Shown here in pieces: positions 46,684 through 57,091 of a DNA stretch of 64,000 bases. Numbering within the stretch: the first letter of the stretch is position 1; the number at the start of each line of letters is the position of its first letter. The notes beneath the pieces were generated by a model. That model was not told the DNA's origin and did no database searches. It saw only the letters and a list, made by a program, of their open reading frames with translations. The stretch is from Minisyncoccota bacterium (lineage in GTDB: Bacteria; Patescibacteriota; Minisyncoccia; Phycocordibacterales; VMEP01): assembly GCA_041661305.1 (NCBI GenBank), contig JBAZUR010000001.1:99833-163832 (forward strand), given 5' to 3'. Position numbers and translations under genes: made by a program.

Positions 46684-46705
46684 TAAAGTTTTTAATTAAT
46701 TTTTT

Positions 46706-47743
46706 ATGGTAAATAAACTAAAAAAAGATATATTGTCACTAGTTTTCTTTTTAGGGGTTTTAGCTTTTTTTAATTTTTTTGTGCCAGTTTCTTTGTTGCC
46801 AAAAGGAGTTTTCTACAATATAGCTTTTGGGTCTTCTGGTTCAGCGGCTGCGTCTGCTTCATGTTCTGCCGATGCGGGGGCTGCATCCTGTGGTGATGGA
46901 GGAGCTAGCGCTGGTGCAGGTGCTGGGAGTAGTGGCGGTGATGGAGGACCAAGTGTTCTGGGAGGTATTGGTGGTGGCAGTATTTTAGATGGGAGGTTAC
47001 TTTGTAGTGTTTATGCTAACCAATCCTGTTCCTCTTCAAACGTCTGTGGTTCAAACCAGGGAACAATAGGTTGTGACGGAGTCTGCAATGCCATAGCCCC
47101 AGCCGTCCCCAGCAATTACGGCAGAGTCTGTCTCGTCTCAAACGTCTGTGGTCAATCAAACCAGGGAACAATAGGTTGTGATGGATCATGTACTGTTAAA
47201 GAAGCACCAGCACTCCCTTCGGGATACGGAACACCATGTCAGTCATCGGTAAATAGCTGTGGTCAAAAAGCTACAGGAATAATCGGTTGTGTCGGTCTAT
47301 GTACAGCAACCACTCCATCTGATCTAAACTGCACCACCTGTGGTAACAATGTCTGTAACTCAAGTGAAGACAACTCAAACTGCCCATCCGACTGTCCATA
47401 TGTCGCCCCAGCAACACCAACAACACCTGCTGGAGAAGGAGCCCTCTGGACAGAAGCCTCACAGTGGACCCTCACCGCTACACCAAACCCAATATTCGCC
47501 AACACAAGAACAACGGTAAGTTGGTCAGTTAGTGGAGCAACAGGATGTACTCTTGTTGGAGTCGGGGCTGTTAGTGGAAAAGAAACAGATAGATTTGTCG
47601 GTGGCCCTGCTCTTGATTATCAATCAAGTAAACTACAAGAAAACACAGACTTCACCCTAACTTGTTCCAATGCCTACAGTGGTAGAAAAGACTCGAAGAC
47701 TGTTACCGTAAAAGTTCGTACGATTAAGATTAGGGAATTTTAG
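46706..47743 (+). CDS. Secreted Cys-rich repeat protein with Gly/Ser/Ala-rich region
   Basis: Signal/TM N-terminus; three about 35-aa modules CG..NQGTIGCDG.C...P..PS.YG; tandem DNA repeats 47035-47300. Confidence 0.55.
   Translation: MVNKLKKDILSLVFFLGVLAFFNFFVPVSLLPKGVFYNIAFGSSGSAAASASCSADAGAASCGDGGASAGAGAGSSGGDGGPSVLGGIGGGSILDGRLLCSVYANQSCSSSNVCGSNQGTIGCDGVCNAIAPAVPSNYGRVCLVSNVCGQSNQGTIGCDGSCTVKEAPALPSGYGTPCQSSVNSCGQKATGIIGCVGLCTATTPSDLNCTTCGNNVCNSSEDNSNCPSDCPYVAPATPTTPAGEGALWTEASQWTLTATPNPIFANTRTTVSWSVSGATGCTLVGVGAVSGKETDRFVGGPALDYQSSKLQENTDFTLTCSNAYSGRKDSKTVTVKVRTIKIREF
47035..47300 (+). repeat. Imperfect tandem repeats (about 105 bp unit) inside the Cys-rich protein gene
   Basis: AACCAGGGAACAATAGGTTGTGA(C/T)GGA recurs at 47051 and 47159. 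Confidence 0.6.
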
Positions 47744-47845
47744 TAAGTTTGGTAGGTTTTTGGATAACTATTTTATCCTTTACAAAAATAGGTAAAGTGT
47801 GTTAATCTTCATGCATCTTTGGCCGATGCAGGGCCATATCGGTAG

Positions 47846-47880
47846 TTAATAGGCACCTGTAGACGGCCTATTTTTTTTAT
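47846..47880 (+). terminator. Hairpin ATAGGC-ACCTGTAGACG-GCCTAT + T9 before typA; contains a 17-mer also found at 11042
   Basis: Stem-loop then TTTTTTTTT. Confidence 0.6.
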
Positions 47881-47889
47881 TCAAAACAA

Positions 47890-49680
47890 ATGGAAATTAG
47901 AAATATTGCAATTATTGCTCACGTTGACCACGGCAAGACCACCTTGACCGATGCTTTAATGCGTCAAACTGGCGTTATGAAGGAGGGGGTCACGATGGAT
48001 TCAAATGCGCTTGAGCTTGAGCGTGGAATTACTATTTACGCCAAGAATACATCCGTTCCCTATAAAGGAACAAAAATAAATATTGTTGATACTCCTGGAC
48101 ACGCGGATTTCGGTTCTGAGGTTGAGCGTGTTTTGCGTTCAATAGACTCAGTGCTTTTAGTTGTTGACGCGCAGGAGGGGCCAATGCCACAAACACGCTT
48201 TGTTCTAAAGAAGTCGCTTGAACTCGGATTAAAACCAATAGTTGTTATTAACAAGATTGATAAACCAGCCGCCAACCCAAAATACTGCGAAGATTTGGTT
48301 CTCGAACTTTTTCTTGAGCTTGGAGCCAATGATGCTCAGGCTGATTTTCCTGTTGTATATGCAATCGGTAGGCAGGGGATTGCAAAAACAAACTTAAATG
48401 ACGATTCAAAGGACCTAACTCCACTTCTGGAAACAATTTTAGAAAAAGTTCCTGCGGCGTCATCTTCAGATTTGGCGACAAAAACGCTTGAGTTTCAACC
48501 ATTCAATCTTGGTTACGATAATTTTCTCGGAAGACTTGCTGTTGGGCGTGTTTACCAGGGGATATTGAAAGCAAATACTAATTTGTTTATAAAAAAGCCA
48601 ACAGGAGAGACCCGTTCGGGAAAAGTTTTAAAGATTTTTACGTTTAATGGAACTGATCGTGTTGAGGAAGATGAAGCTGTTGCTGGCGATATAGTTCTTA
48701 TTTCTGGGTTACCAGATATTTACATTGGAGAAACTATTACAGACGATACAAACACAGAGCCGCTTCCAGCTATAAATATTGATGAGCCTACTATCGCTCT
48801 TTCTTTTTTGGTTAATAATTCGCCATTTGCTGGGCGCGAAGGAAAATTTGTTACTTCACGACAAATTCGTGAATACCTTGAACGTGAACTTGAGGTTAAC
48901 GTCGGACTAAAGGTGGATTTTGATTCAGCTGGCGGTGAAAGCTTTCGTGTTTTTGGGCGCGGTGAACTACATATCTCAATTTTACTTGAAAACATGCGCC
49001 GTGCCGGATATGAAGTACAAGTTTCTCAACCACAGGCAATTATCCGTGAAATTAATGGGGAGAAGCACGAGCCTTTCGAGGAGGTTGTTGTTGATACACC
49101 AGCTGATTTTCAAGGTGCAATTATTGAGCGTTTGAGTATGCGCGGTTTTTTGATGAAGGATATGCATCATGCTGAAAAAACTGTGCGTATGATTTTTGAG
49201 GGACCAACACGTGGTCTTTTGGGATATCGGGGCCAGTTTGTTATTGATACCAAAGGTGAAGGAATTTTGGCTTCTCACTTTATTGGATTTAAGCCATATG
49301 CGGGAGAGATAAAGAAGCGTGCCGTTGGGTCTATGATTTCTATGGCTGCGGGAAAGACTCTCGGATTTTCTTTGTGGACTCTACAAGAGCGTGGTGTTTT
49401 GTATATTGGGCCTGCAACGGAAGTCTACGAAGGAATGGTTATCGGCAATACTTCAAAAGGGGAAGAAATGAATGTTAACCCAACAAAAGGAAAACAGCTT
49501 TCAAACATGCGTTCTTCTGGTACTGACGAAGCTATTAACTTGGTGCCACCGTTTACGCTTTCTATTGAGCGTGGACTCGAAGTTATGTCCGAAGATGAGT
49601 ATTTGGAAGTCACTCCTAAAAACGTTCGCCTACGTAAACAATTCCTAACAGAAAACGACCGTACAAAATCTCGTAGATAA
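47890..49680 (+). CDS. typA: Translational GTPase TypA/BipA
   Basis: [30 protein letters not shown]; 596 aa. Confidence 0.9.
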   Translation: MEIRNIAIIAHVDHGKTTLTDALMRQTGVMKEGVTMDSNALELERGITIYAKNTSVPYKGTKINIVDTPGHADFGSEVERVLRSIDSVLLVVDAQEGPMPQTRFVLKKSLELGLKPIVVINKIDKPAANPKYCEDLVLELFLELGANDAQADFPVVYAIGRQGIAKTNLNDDSKDLTPLLETILEKVPAASSSDLATKTLEFQPFNLGYDNFLGRLAVGRVYQGILKANTNLFIKKPTGETRSGKVLKIFTFNGTDRVEEDEAVAGDIVLISGLPDIYIGETITDDTNTEPLPAINIDEPTIALSFLVNNSPFAGREGKFVTSRQIREYLERELEVNVGLKVDFDSAGGESFRVFGRGELHISILLENMRRAGYEVQVSQPQAIIREINGEKHEPFEEVVVDTPADFQGAIIERLSMRGFLMKDMHHAEKTVRMIFEGPTRGLLGYRGQFVIDTKGEGILASHFIGFKPYAGEIKKRAVGSMISMAAGKTLGFSLWTLQERGVLYIGPATEVYEGMVIGNTSKGEEMNVNPTKGKQLSNMRSSGTDEAINLVPPFTLSIERGLEVMSEDEYLEVTPKNVRLRKQFLTENDRTKSRR

Positions 49681-49693
49681 TTTTTAGAAAATT

Positions 49694-49722
49694 AAAATCC
49701 CCCTAAAAACTAGGGGGATTTT
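49694..49722 (+). terminator. Intrinsic terminator AAAATCCCCCT-aaaaa-CTAGGGGGATTTT
   Basis: Perfect hairpin plus U-run. Confidence 0.8.
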
Positions 49723-49730
49723 AATTTCTT

Positions 49731-49759
49731 GACCAAGTACCCTCTGGGGGTATAATGAG
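49731..49759 (+). promoter_or_regulatory. Promoter TTGACC-N17-TATAAT with embedded CsoR-type operator TACCCTCTGGGGGTA
   Basis: GC-rich pseudo-palindrome TACCC-N5-GGGTA overlapping -10, as in copZA-type CsoR sites. Confidence 0.6.
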
Positions 49760-49777
49760 AGGATATTTTTAGTTGAT

Positions 49778-50041
49778 ATGAATCCACAAAAGACAAAATT
49801 AATTAGACGCCTTAAAATTGTTGAAGGACAAGTTCGTGGTTTAATAGAGATGATAGAAAAAGATAAATATTGTATTGATATCATTACCCAGAGTTCTGCT
49901 GCTAAACAAGGACTTTCAAGTTTCGAGGACATACTCATGGAAAATCACTTGTCTGATTGTGCGGTGAGTCAAATAAGAAATGGTAATACTAAAAAGGCGA
50001 TTGGTGAAATTATTGAAGTATATAAGCTAAAAAGAAAATAA
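49778..50041 (+). CDS. csoR: CsoR/RcnR-family metal-sensing transcriptional repressor
   Basis: LKIVEGQVRGLIEMIEKDKYCIDIITQ...HLSDC: W-X-Y-Z residues Cys/His/Cys. Confidence 0.8.
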   Translation: MNPQKTKLIRRLKIVEGQVRGLIEMIEKDKYCIDIITQSSAAKQGLSSFEDILMENHLSDCAVSQIRNGNTKKAIGEIIEVYKLKRK

Positions 50042-50044
50042 ATT

Positions 50045-50866
50045 ATGTCTAACCCAGAACTGTTATCCGAGGAAGATAAAATTATAAAATGGGGGGAGTT
50101 TGTTTATGCACTTCCGATTTCCGCATTAGTTATTTTGGGATTCGTTTTAATCCAAAAAGCTGGTTTGGCCAACTTTATTAATTCGTCTGACGTTAGTTAC
50201 GGAACGGCATTTGTTATTGGACTCATTGCCTCTGTTTCAACGTGTCTTGCAGTTGTTGGTGGAATAGTTCTCTCATTGTCTGCCAACTCGGCAAAAAGAG
50301 GGGGAACATGGCGCCCCCAAGTACTTTTTCATATTGGACGACTTGTAGGATTTTTTGTTTTAGGGGGAATAATTGGACTTATTGGTAGCACATTTCATTT
50401 TAGTATTATAGCTAACATTGTTCTTGGTATTATTGTTGGGATAGTGATGCTTATTTTGGGAATAAACCTTTTGGATGTTTTTAGCCCTATAAGAAAGTTT
50501 CAGGTGCGATTACCTAAATGTTTTTCACGATATGTATTGAATATAAGTGAGCGAAATTATTATTTTACTCCAGCATTATTTGGAGCTGGGACTTTCTTTT
50601 TGCCGTGTGGTTTTACTCAATCGATGCAGGTATATGTTTTAACAGCAGGTGGTTTTATTGAGGGAGCTATTACCATGTTTGTTTTTGCCCTAGGGACATT
50701 TCCAGTACTAGCATTGCTTTCGTTCGGCTCTCTCAATATTGCTAACAGTTCTTGGAGGGGGACATTCTTTAAAATAGCCGGTATTTTAGTTATTGCTCTT
50801 GCCCTCCTTAATATCACCAATTCTCTAGTAGTAGCTGGGGTTATCGCTCCAATTTTCAACTTATAA
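50045..50866 (+). CDS. DsbD_2/CcdA-like transmembrane protein with STC and LPCG cysteine motifs
   Basis: Multi-TM; Cys in TM segments SVSTCLAVVGG and FLPCGFTQS. Confidence 0.5.
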   Translation: MSNPELLSEEDKIIKWGEFVYALPISALVILGFVLIQKAGLANFINSSDVSYGTAFVIGLIASVSTCLAVVGGIVLSLSANSAKRGGTWRPQVLFHIGRLVGFFVLGGIIGLIGSTFHFSIIANIVLGIIVGIVMLILGINLLDVFSPIRKFQVRLPKCFSRYVLNISERNYYFTPALFGAGTFFLPCGFTQSMQVYVLTAGGFIEGAITMFVFALGTFPVLALLSFGSLNIANSSWRGTFFKIAGILVIALALLNITNSLVVAGVIAPIFNL

Positions 50867-50871
50867 ATATT

Positions 50872-51264
50872 ATGAATAAACAAATAATTTTGTCTCTACT
50901 GATAACTGTGGCACTGATTGGAGGAGCCGTCTTTTTTACAAGAGATAATTCTAGAGAGAGTGACCTTGGTGAAATCGCTTCGATTGAAATGGTTGATGGG
51001 AAGCAAATTATAAATATGTCTGCAAAGGGTGGCTACTCGCCAAGAATCGTCAACGCGAAAGCTGGGGTTGATACCATTATTAAAATGAAAACCGAAGGCA
51101 CTTTTGACTGTTCAGCAAGTTTGGTTATTCCAGAAATTTCCTACCAGAAGCTTCTTTCGCCAACTGGTGTTGAAGAAATATTGATTTCTAAGGATAAAGC
51201 AAAAGGGACAATGCAAGGCTTATGCTCAATGGGAATGTATAATTTTCAAATAAGGTTTAATTAG
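50872..51264 (+). CDS. Membrane-anchored periplasmic small protein with conserved Cys pair, hypothetical
   Basis: N-terminal TM; TFDCSASL...GLCSMGMY. Confidence 0.4.
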   Translation: MNKQIILSLLITVALIGGAVFFTRDNSRESDLGEIASIEMVDGKQIINMSAKGGYSPRIVNAKAGVDTIIKMKTEGTFDCSASLVIPEISYQKLLSPTGVEEILISKDKAKGTMQGLCSMGMYNFQIRFN

Positions 51265-51317
51265 TCGCGACTTTGAAGTCTTTGCTTTTTGTTTTTCCTG
51301 CTTGTAGAATTCTTTAG

Positions 51318-52241
51318 ATGAAAAAAACCACTCTAAAAATATGGGTACTTACTATTTTTGTGGCCACGATAGGTGCTTTTGGTGCAAGTGTAAACGCTGC
51401 AACTATTCCAACAACCGAAACTCTTGTTAATGATGGCGCCTCGCAGATTTATGTTGACCGCAATGGGCACGCGGTTATTGGTGGAATTAAGGTGATGCAA
51501 GTTGCTGGTAGCACCTACTTTTCTCGTTTAATTTGGGGTGAAAGTTTTGTCAGAATTACAGTGAAGGCTAATAGTAAAACTAAGTTTGCGAATAAATATG
51601 GAGAGCCTATGTTGGCGAAGGAAATTGCAGAAGGCGATATTCTAGTGGTGGAGGGCGAACTAGAATCCGCTTCTCAAACGATTACGGTTATTCCAAGTGT
51701 TATTCGTGATATTTCAAATCAAACTCAAAATAACGAATTTTCTGGAACAGTCAGTAATATACGCCTCGATTCAGACACGTTTACTCTTACAACAAAAACA
51801 AAAGGGGCGATTACAATTTCGGTAAACAATGGAACTTCTACTCAAATTAGAAAAGGTAGCCGTATTATCAATCTTTCCTCGCTACGTAACGGGGATAAAG
51901 TTACAAAGGTTGACGGTGTTTTGAATCATGCGACAAATCAAATGATTGCTCGTAGTGTTGTGGTTTATGTAGACATGAAGACCTTTAAGCCAAGAAATTT
52001 TGAAGGTAAGATTAAGGAAATTTCTGGAACAACACTCCCGCTCATTTTTACGGCAACAGTTGGTGGGGTTGATTACTCTGTTAAGTTAAATGAAGCTACT
52101 GTTGTTTTGAATAATCTTAGAAAATCAGTTAAGCTTTCGCGCTTTGAGGCGGGGGACAAGGTTAGGTTTTATGGAGAAATAGAAGAAGCCGACTCTCCAA
52201 TTATTGGTAAGGTGGAAATAATTCGAAACTTAGATTTATAA
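51318..52241 (+). CDS. Secreted protein with two internal about 95-aa repeats, hypothetical
   Basis: Signal peptide ...GASVNA; repeated F.G.V..I...GD.V.V.G pattern. Confidence 0.45.
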   Translation: MKKTTLKIWVLTIFVATIGAFGASVNAATIPTTETLVNDGASQIYVDRNGHAVIGGIKVMQVAGSTYFSRLIWGESFVRITVKANSKTKFANKYGEPMLAKEIAEGDILVVEGELESASQTITVIPSVIRDISNQTQNNEFSGTVSNIRLDSDTFTLTTKTKGAITISVNNGTSTQIRKGSRIINLSSLRNGDKVTKVDGVLNHATNQMIARSVVVYVDMKTFKPRNFEGKIKEISGTTLPLIFTATVGGVDYSVKLNEATVVLNNLRKSVKLSRFEAGDKVRFYGEIEEADSPIIGKVEIIRNLDL

Positions 52242-52287
52242 AAGAAATCACAGTTTTGGGGCATGAAAATATGCTACAATTTGCGCA

Positions 52288-53604
52288 ATGCAGAATGTAG
52301 CTAGTGGTAAAATTAAGAATTTTAAAGAACTCGCGATAAATGACTCGCGTCGGGTTGCTCTTGAAATAGCTGAAGCTGGTCTTTGTGCCATTGATACTGG
52401 TAAGGTTGTTAGAAAGTTTATTTCAAAGGACGAAGGTAGGATTGTTTTTGGTGCTGGTTTAACGGTTGAGCCTCTTAGTAACGACAAGAGGATTTTTTTT
52501 ATTGGTGTTGGTAAGTGTGCCTATGACGCAGCTGTTGTGGTTGAAGAAATATTGGGAGAAAAATTAACAGGTGGTATTGTTTTTGATGTAAATATTCCCG
52601 AGGAAAATGTTTTGAAACGGGTCAGAAGTTTTGCCGGTACACACCCATTTCCATCAGAAACAAATGTTGCCGTTTCAAAAGAAATTGTCTTTTTACTTTC
52701 AGATTTAACCGAAAATGATCTTGTGATTATGGCAATTTCTGGTGGCGGTTCGACTCTACTTTGTTTGCCAGATAGAAGCCAAACTTGTCTTGATGAAAAA
52801 TTTATAATTGAAGGACTTTTTGAGTCAGGAGCAACGATTCAGGAGATTAACACAGTTAGAAAACATCTCTCCACAGCGCGCGGTGGTTTTTTGGCGAAAC
52901 ACGCATACCCAGCGAGAGTTGTTTCGTTAATTTTTTCGGATGTTCCTGGAAATGACTTAGGCTTTATTTCTTCCGGCCCAACAGTTGAAGACAAAACTAC
53001 AGTAGAAGAAGCTAAGGTGATTCTTGATAAGTACAACGTCGTAAACTTAACAGGGTCGCCAGTAATTTTGATTGAGACACCAAAAGAAGATCAATATTTT
53101 AAAAACGTTTATAATGTGATTGTTGTTTCAAATGAAATTGCCCTTAAGGCGATGGAAAGAAGAGCGCGAGAACTTTTATTTGAAGCAAAAATTGTAACCG
53201 ATACGCTTTCTGGTGAAGCTAGAGAGGTTGGTTTGTTGGTGGCGGAATCATTACGTAACGTGCACAAAAGATCGGTTTTGCTCTATGGCGGAGAAACAAC
53301 CGTTAAGGTTAAAGGGTCAGGACTTGGTGGAAGAAATCAAGAATTGGCACTAAGTGCGCTTTCTCACCTTGGGTTTGGCGAGCTTGTAGTTTCTTTTGCT
53401 ACCGACGGTAGGGATAATGGAGACTACATGGGGGCGATAGTTGATAATGTTTTAAAAAAAGAAGCCGAAAAACTACTACTAGAGCCGAAGGAGTTTTTGG
53501 AAAAAAACGACAGCTCTTCGTTTTTTAAGAAAACAGGAGGTTTGCTCAAATCGGGGTATACTGGGTCAAACGTTTCTGATTTAATTATAGGGATAAAATT
53601 TTAA
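52288..53604 (+). CDS. Glycerate 2-kinase (MOFRL family)
   Basis: DUF4147-like N-terminus FIGVGKCAYDAA; MOFRL C-terminus ISGGGSTLL...LLYGGETTV. Confidence 0.6.
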   Translation: MQNVASGKIKNFKELAINDSRRVALEIAEAGLCAIDTGKVVRKFISKDEGRIVFGAGLTVEPLSNDKRIFFIGVGKCAYDAAVVVEEILGEKLTGGIVFDVNIPEENVLKRVRSFAGTHPFPSETNVAVSKEIVFLLSDLTENDLVIMAISGGGSTLLCLPDRSQTCLDEKFIIEGLFESGATIQEINTVRKHLSTARGGFLAKHAYPARVVSLIFSDVPGNDLGFISSGPTVEDKTTVEEAKVILDKYNVVNLTGSPVILIETPKEDQYFKNVYNVIVVSNEIALKAMERRARELLFEAKIVTDTLSGEAREVGLLVAESLRNVHKRSVLLYGGETTVKVKGSGLGGRNQELALSALSHLGFGELVVSFATDGRDNGDYMGAIVDNVLKKEAEKLLLEPKEFLEKNDSSSFFKKTGGLLKSGYTGSNVSDLIIGIKF

Positions 53605-53614
53605 CAAGATAAAA

Positions 53615-56050
53615 ATGAACGAGATGAATGAAAATAAATACGTTGTCTGGATGGAGGATGTCGGAATCGAAGATGTTGGAACGGTTGGTGGGAAAAACGC
53701 TTCCTTAGGGGAAATGATAAAAAATTTAGGAGAAAAAGGGGTTGCAGTACCTTCTGGATTTGTTATTACAGCAGACGGATATCGTTATTTCATGAAAGAG
53801 ACGGGAATGGAACAGTTTGTTAAAAAAGCACTTAATGGGCTCGACACTAAAAACCTAAAAGATTTGTCAAAACGTGGAAAGTTGGTTCGCGAAAGTATTA
53901 TTGCAACAAAAGTACCCGTAGAGCTTGATCGTCAAATTGCACTTTGTTATGAGATGATGGAAAAGAGGTATGGTAAAAATATTGACGTCGCTGTTCGTTC
54001 CTCTGCAACAGCGGAAGATTTACCTGGTGCATCGTTCGCAGGAGAACACGAAACGTACTTAGGAATTCGTGGAGCAAAGGATGTGACACAAGCAACAAAG
54101 GCGGCTTTTGCCTCGCTTTTCACCAACAGGGCTATTTCGTATCGTGTTGATAAGGGTTTTGATCATTTCACAATTGCTCTTTCCGTGGGTGTCCAGAGGA
54201 TGGTCCGTTCAGATAAAGGGGTTTCAGGAGTTATGTTTACGGTTGATACCGAATCTGGATTTAGAGACACCGTTGTTATAAACGGCTCCTACGGATTAGG
54301 AGAAATGGTTGTTCAAGGGCAAGTAACACCCGACGAATTTTTTGTTTTTAAAAATACAATTGATACTGCCCCAAAAGCAATTATTTCAAAAACACTTGGT
54401 GAAAAAGCCGACAAGATGATTTATTCAGCAGGGGCCAAAGGAATTCGCCCTGTGAAAATTATCAAGACAACGCCAGCCGAGCGAAATAAATTTTGTCTTT
54501 CCGACGAAGAAGTTTTAAAACTTGCTAGATGGGGGATGATTATTGAAAAACATTACTCAGATAAAAGTGGAAAATGGACACCAATGGATATGGAGTGGGC
54601 AAAAGACGGCAATACTGGAGAGCTTTTTATCGTACAGGCGAGACCAGAGACAGTGCAGGCACTTCGCGATTTCTCTAAGGTGAAGGAATATATCCGCAAG
54701 GAAGAAGGGAAGGTATTAACTGCTGGTGTGTCAGTTGGTAGTTCTATTGCCGTTGGTAAAGCGCGCATCATCATGGACGCCAAAAAGATTGGGGAATTTA
54801 AGCACGGTGAAGTTCTTGTTACTGACATGACAGACCCAGACTGGGAGCCGATTATGAAAATTGCTTCTGCGATTATTACAGATAAAGGGGGGCGAACATC
54901 TCACGCAGCAATTGTTGCTAGAGAGCTTGGGATTCCAGCAGTTGTTGGTTCGAGTGATGCAACTCGAAAAATTAAAACGGGAATGACAGTGACTGTGGAC
55001 ACAACCGGTTCGGACGGGGTTGTTATGGCCGGAGCACTTAAGTTTGATATTGTGACCCATGATTTGGCTTCAATACCAAAAACAAAAACAAAGATTTCTC
55101 TAAATATTGCAACACCTGATACTGCTTTTGAAAAATCATTTTTGCCAGCTGATGGAGTTGGTCTTGCTCGAGAAGAATTTATTATTGCTTCAGAAATCGG
55201 CATTCACCCGCTAGCGCTTTTAAATTATAAAAAACTGTCGGGGGCACTTAAGAAAAAAATTGATGCAAAAACTGTTGGCTATACTGACAAAACACAGTTT
55301 TATGTTGATCGACTTGCTTATGGAATTGGAAAAATTGCGGCAGCCTTTCACCCACGCGAGACAATCGTGCGTTTCTCTGATTTCAAGACAAATGAATACA
55401 GAACTCTTTTGGGTGGCGAGGCTTATGAGCCGTCGGAAGAAAACCCAATGATTGGTTGGCGCGGGGCATCTCGTTACTATGACCCTAAATTTAAAGAAGC
55501 TTTTAAGTTTGAGTGTTTAGCAATAAAAAAAGTTAGAGAAGAAATGGGTCTTGATAATGTTACTCCAATGGTTCCGTTTTGTAGAACAGTTGAAGAAGGA
55601 AAACAGACCCTTGAAATTATGGCGGAGGCAGGACTTGTGGCAAAATCTTTGGCAAAAGAGGGGCAAAAAAGTGTTCCTGTTTATGTAATGTGTGAGATTC
55701 CATCGAACGTTATGCTCGCCGATGACTTTCTGGATATTTTCGATGGTATGTCCATTGGGTCAAATGATCTTGCGCAACTAACCCTCGGCTTAGATAGAGA
55801 TTCTGGAATTGTCAGTCATGTGGCAAACGAAAACAACGAAGCCGTAAAGAAGATGATTAGCGAAGCGATAAAAAAATGTAGAGCTCGCAATAAATACGTC
55901 GGTATTTGTGGACAAGCACCATCAGATTATCCAGAGTTTGCGGCATTTTTAGTGGAAGCAGGAATTGAGAGTATGTCGCTTAATCCAGATACAATAATAA
56001 AAACACGTGGCGTGGTCGCGGAAAAGGAAAAAGAGTTGGGTATTAATTAA
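53615..56050 (+). CDS. ppsA: Phosphoenolpyruvate synthase (pyruvate, water dikinase)
   Basis: N-terminal ATP-grasp GGKNASLGEM; phospho-His domain GGRTSHAAIVARELGIPAVVG; C-terminal PEP-utilising TIM barrel; 811 aa. Confidence 0.9.
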   Translation: MNEMNENKYVVWMEDVGIEDVGTVGGKNASLGEMIKNLGEKGVAVPSGFVITADGYRYFMKETGMEQFVKKALNGLDTKNLKDLSKRGKLVRESIIATKVPVELDRQIALCYEMMEKRYGKNIDVAVRSSATAEDLPGASFAGEHETYLGIRGAKDVTQATKAAFASLFTNRAISYRVDKGFDHFTIALSVGVQRMVRSDKGVSGVMFTVDTESGFRDTVVINGSYGLGEMVVQGQVTPDEFFVFKNTIDTAPKAIISKTLGEKADKMIYSAGAKGIRPVKIIKTTPAERNKFCLSDEEVLKLARWGMIIEKHYSDKSGKWTPMDMEWAKDGNTGELFIVQARPETVQALRDFSKVKEYIRKEEGKVLTAGVSVGSSIAVGKARIIMDAKKIGEFKHGEVLVTDMTDPDWEPIMKIASAIITDKGGRTSHAAIVARELGIPAVVGSSDATRKIKTGMTVTVDTTGSDGVVMAGALKFDIVTHDLASIPKTKTKISLNIATPDTAFEKSFLPADGVGLAREEFIIASEIGIHPLALLNYKKLSGALKKKIDAKTVGYTDKTQFYVDRLAYGIGKIAAAFHPRETIVRFSDFKTNEYRTLLGGEAYEPSEENPMIGWRGASRYYDPKFKEAFKFECLAIKKVREEMGLDNVTPMVPFCRTVEEGKQTLEIMAEAGLVAKSLAKEGQKSVPVYVMCEIPSNVMLADDFLDIFDGMSIGSNDLAQLTLGLDRDSGIVSHVANENNEAVKKMISEAIKKCRARNKYVGICGQAPSDYPEFAAFLVEAGIESMSLNPDTIIKTRGVVAEKEKELGIN

Positions 56051-56067
56051 TGTAGTACAATATAAAC

Positions 56068-57087
56068 ATGACAAAAGTTTCATTTTTCGGTGTGAAGCAA
56101 TGGGAAGAGGAATATCTCAAAGAGAAAATGTCGCAATCTGTGCCCGGAGTGGAGATGTCTTTCTCTACGGAAATACTAGATAAAAGCCATACTCCAGCTG
56201 ACGCAGGTGCGGATATTGTTTCAATCTTCGTCGATTCTACCGTCGACAGTGAGGTTATTAGCAAGTTTCCAAATTTGAAATTTATTCCAACTCGTTCTAC
56301 TGGATATGACCACGTCGACCTAGCAACATGTAAAGAAAAAGGAATTACAGTTTCCTCAGTTCCGTCTTATGGCGAAAATACTGTCGCGGAATTTGCTTTC
56401 GCGCTAATACTATCACTGTCACGTAAAATTTTTGAAGGATATGACAGAATAAAAGAGAAAGGTAGTTTTAGTTTTGACGGTCTTCAAGGTTTTGACTTAA
56501 GAGGAAAAACAATTGGCGTTGTTGGGACAGGTCATATTGGGCGCTTTTCCATAAATATCGCAAAAGGGTTTGGTATGAATATTGTGGCCTATGATCCATA
56601 CCCAAATGAACAATTAGCAAAAGAGCTGGGGTTTGAATATAAATCTTTTGACGACCTACTTTCAGCGAGCGATGTTGTGACTATTCACGTGCCGTATCTT
56701 CCAACAACTCACCACATGTTCAATGAGCAAAAATTCTCATTGATGAAAAAAACTGCAATTCTTGTTAACACAAGTCGTGGACCAATTATTGATACGCAAG
56801 CTTTGGTAAAAGCACTTAAAGATGGAACAATTGCTGGTGCAGGGCTCGATGTTCTTGAGGAGGAAGCGGTAATCAAGGACGAGATGGAGTTTTTGAAAAA
56901 AGGAAGCGGAGAGGGTCATGATTTAAAAACAATTGTTGCTAATCATGTGCTTATAGATTTGCCAAACGTTGTAATGACCCCACACAACGCTTTCAATACT
57001 GGAGAAGCTCTTCGCCGTATTTTGGACACAACCGTAGAAAACATAAAAAATTATTTGGCTGGCACCCCATCAAACGTAGTTAAATAA
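56068..57087 (+). CDS. D-isomer-specific 2-hydroxyacid dehydrogenase (D-lactate/glycerate dehydrogenase-like)
   Basis: NAD-binding GVVGTGHIGR; catalytic R/E/H arrangement; 339 aa. Confidence 0.8.
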   Translation: MTKVSFFGVKQWEEEYLKEKMSQSVPGVEMSFSTEILDKSHTPADAGADIVSIFVDSTVDSEVISKFPNLKFIPTRSTGYDHVDLATCKEKGITVSSVPSYGENTVAEFAFALILSLSRKIFEGYDRIKEKGSFSFDGLQGFDLRGKTIGVVGTGHIGRFSINIAKGFGMNIVAYDPYPNEQLAKELGFEYKSFDDLLSASDVVTIHVPYLPTTHHMFNEQKFSLMKKTAILVNTSRGPIIDTQALVKALKDGTIAGAGLDVLEEEAVIKDEMEFLKKGSGEGHDLKTIVANHVLIDLPNVVMTPHNAFNTGEALRRILDTTVENIKNYLAGTPSNVVK

Positions 57088-57091
57088 AAGC

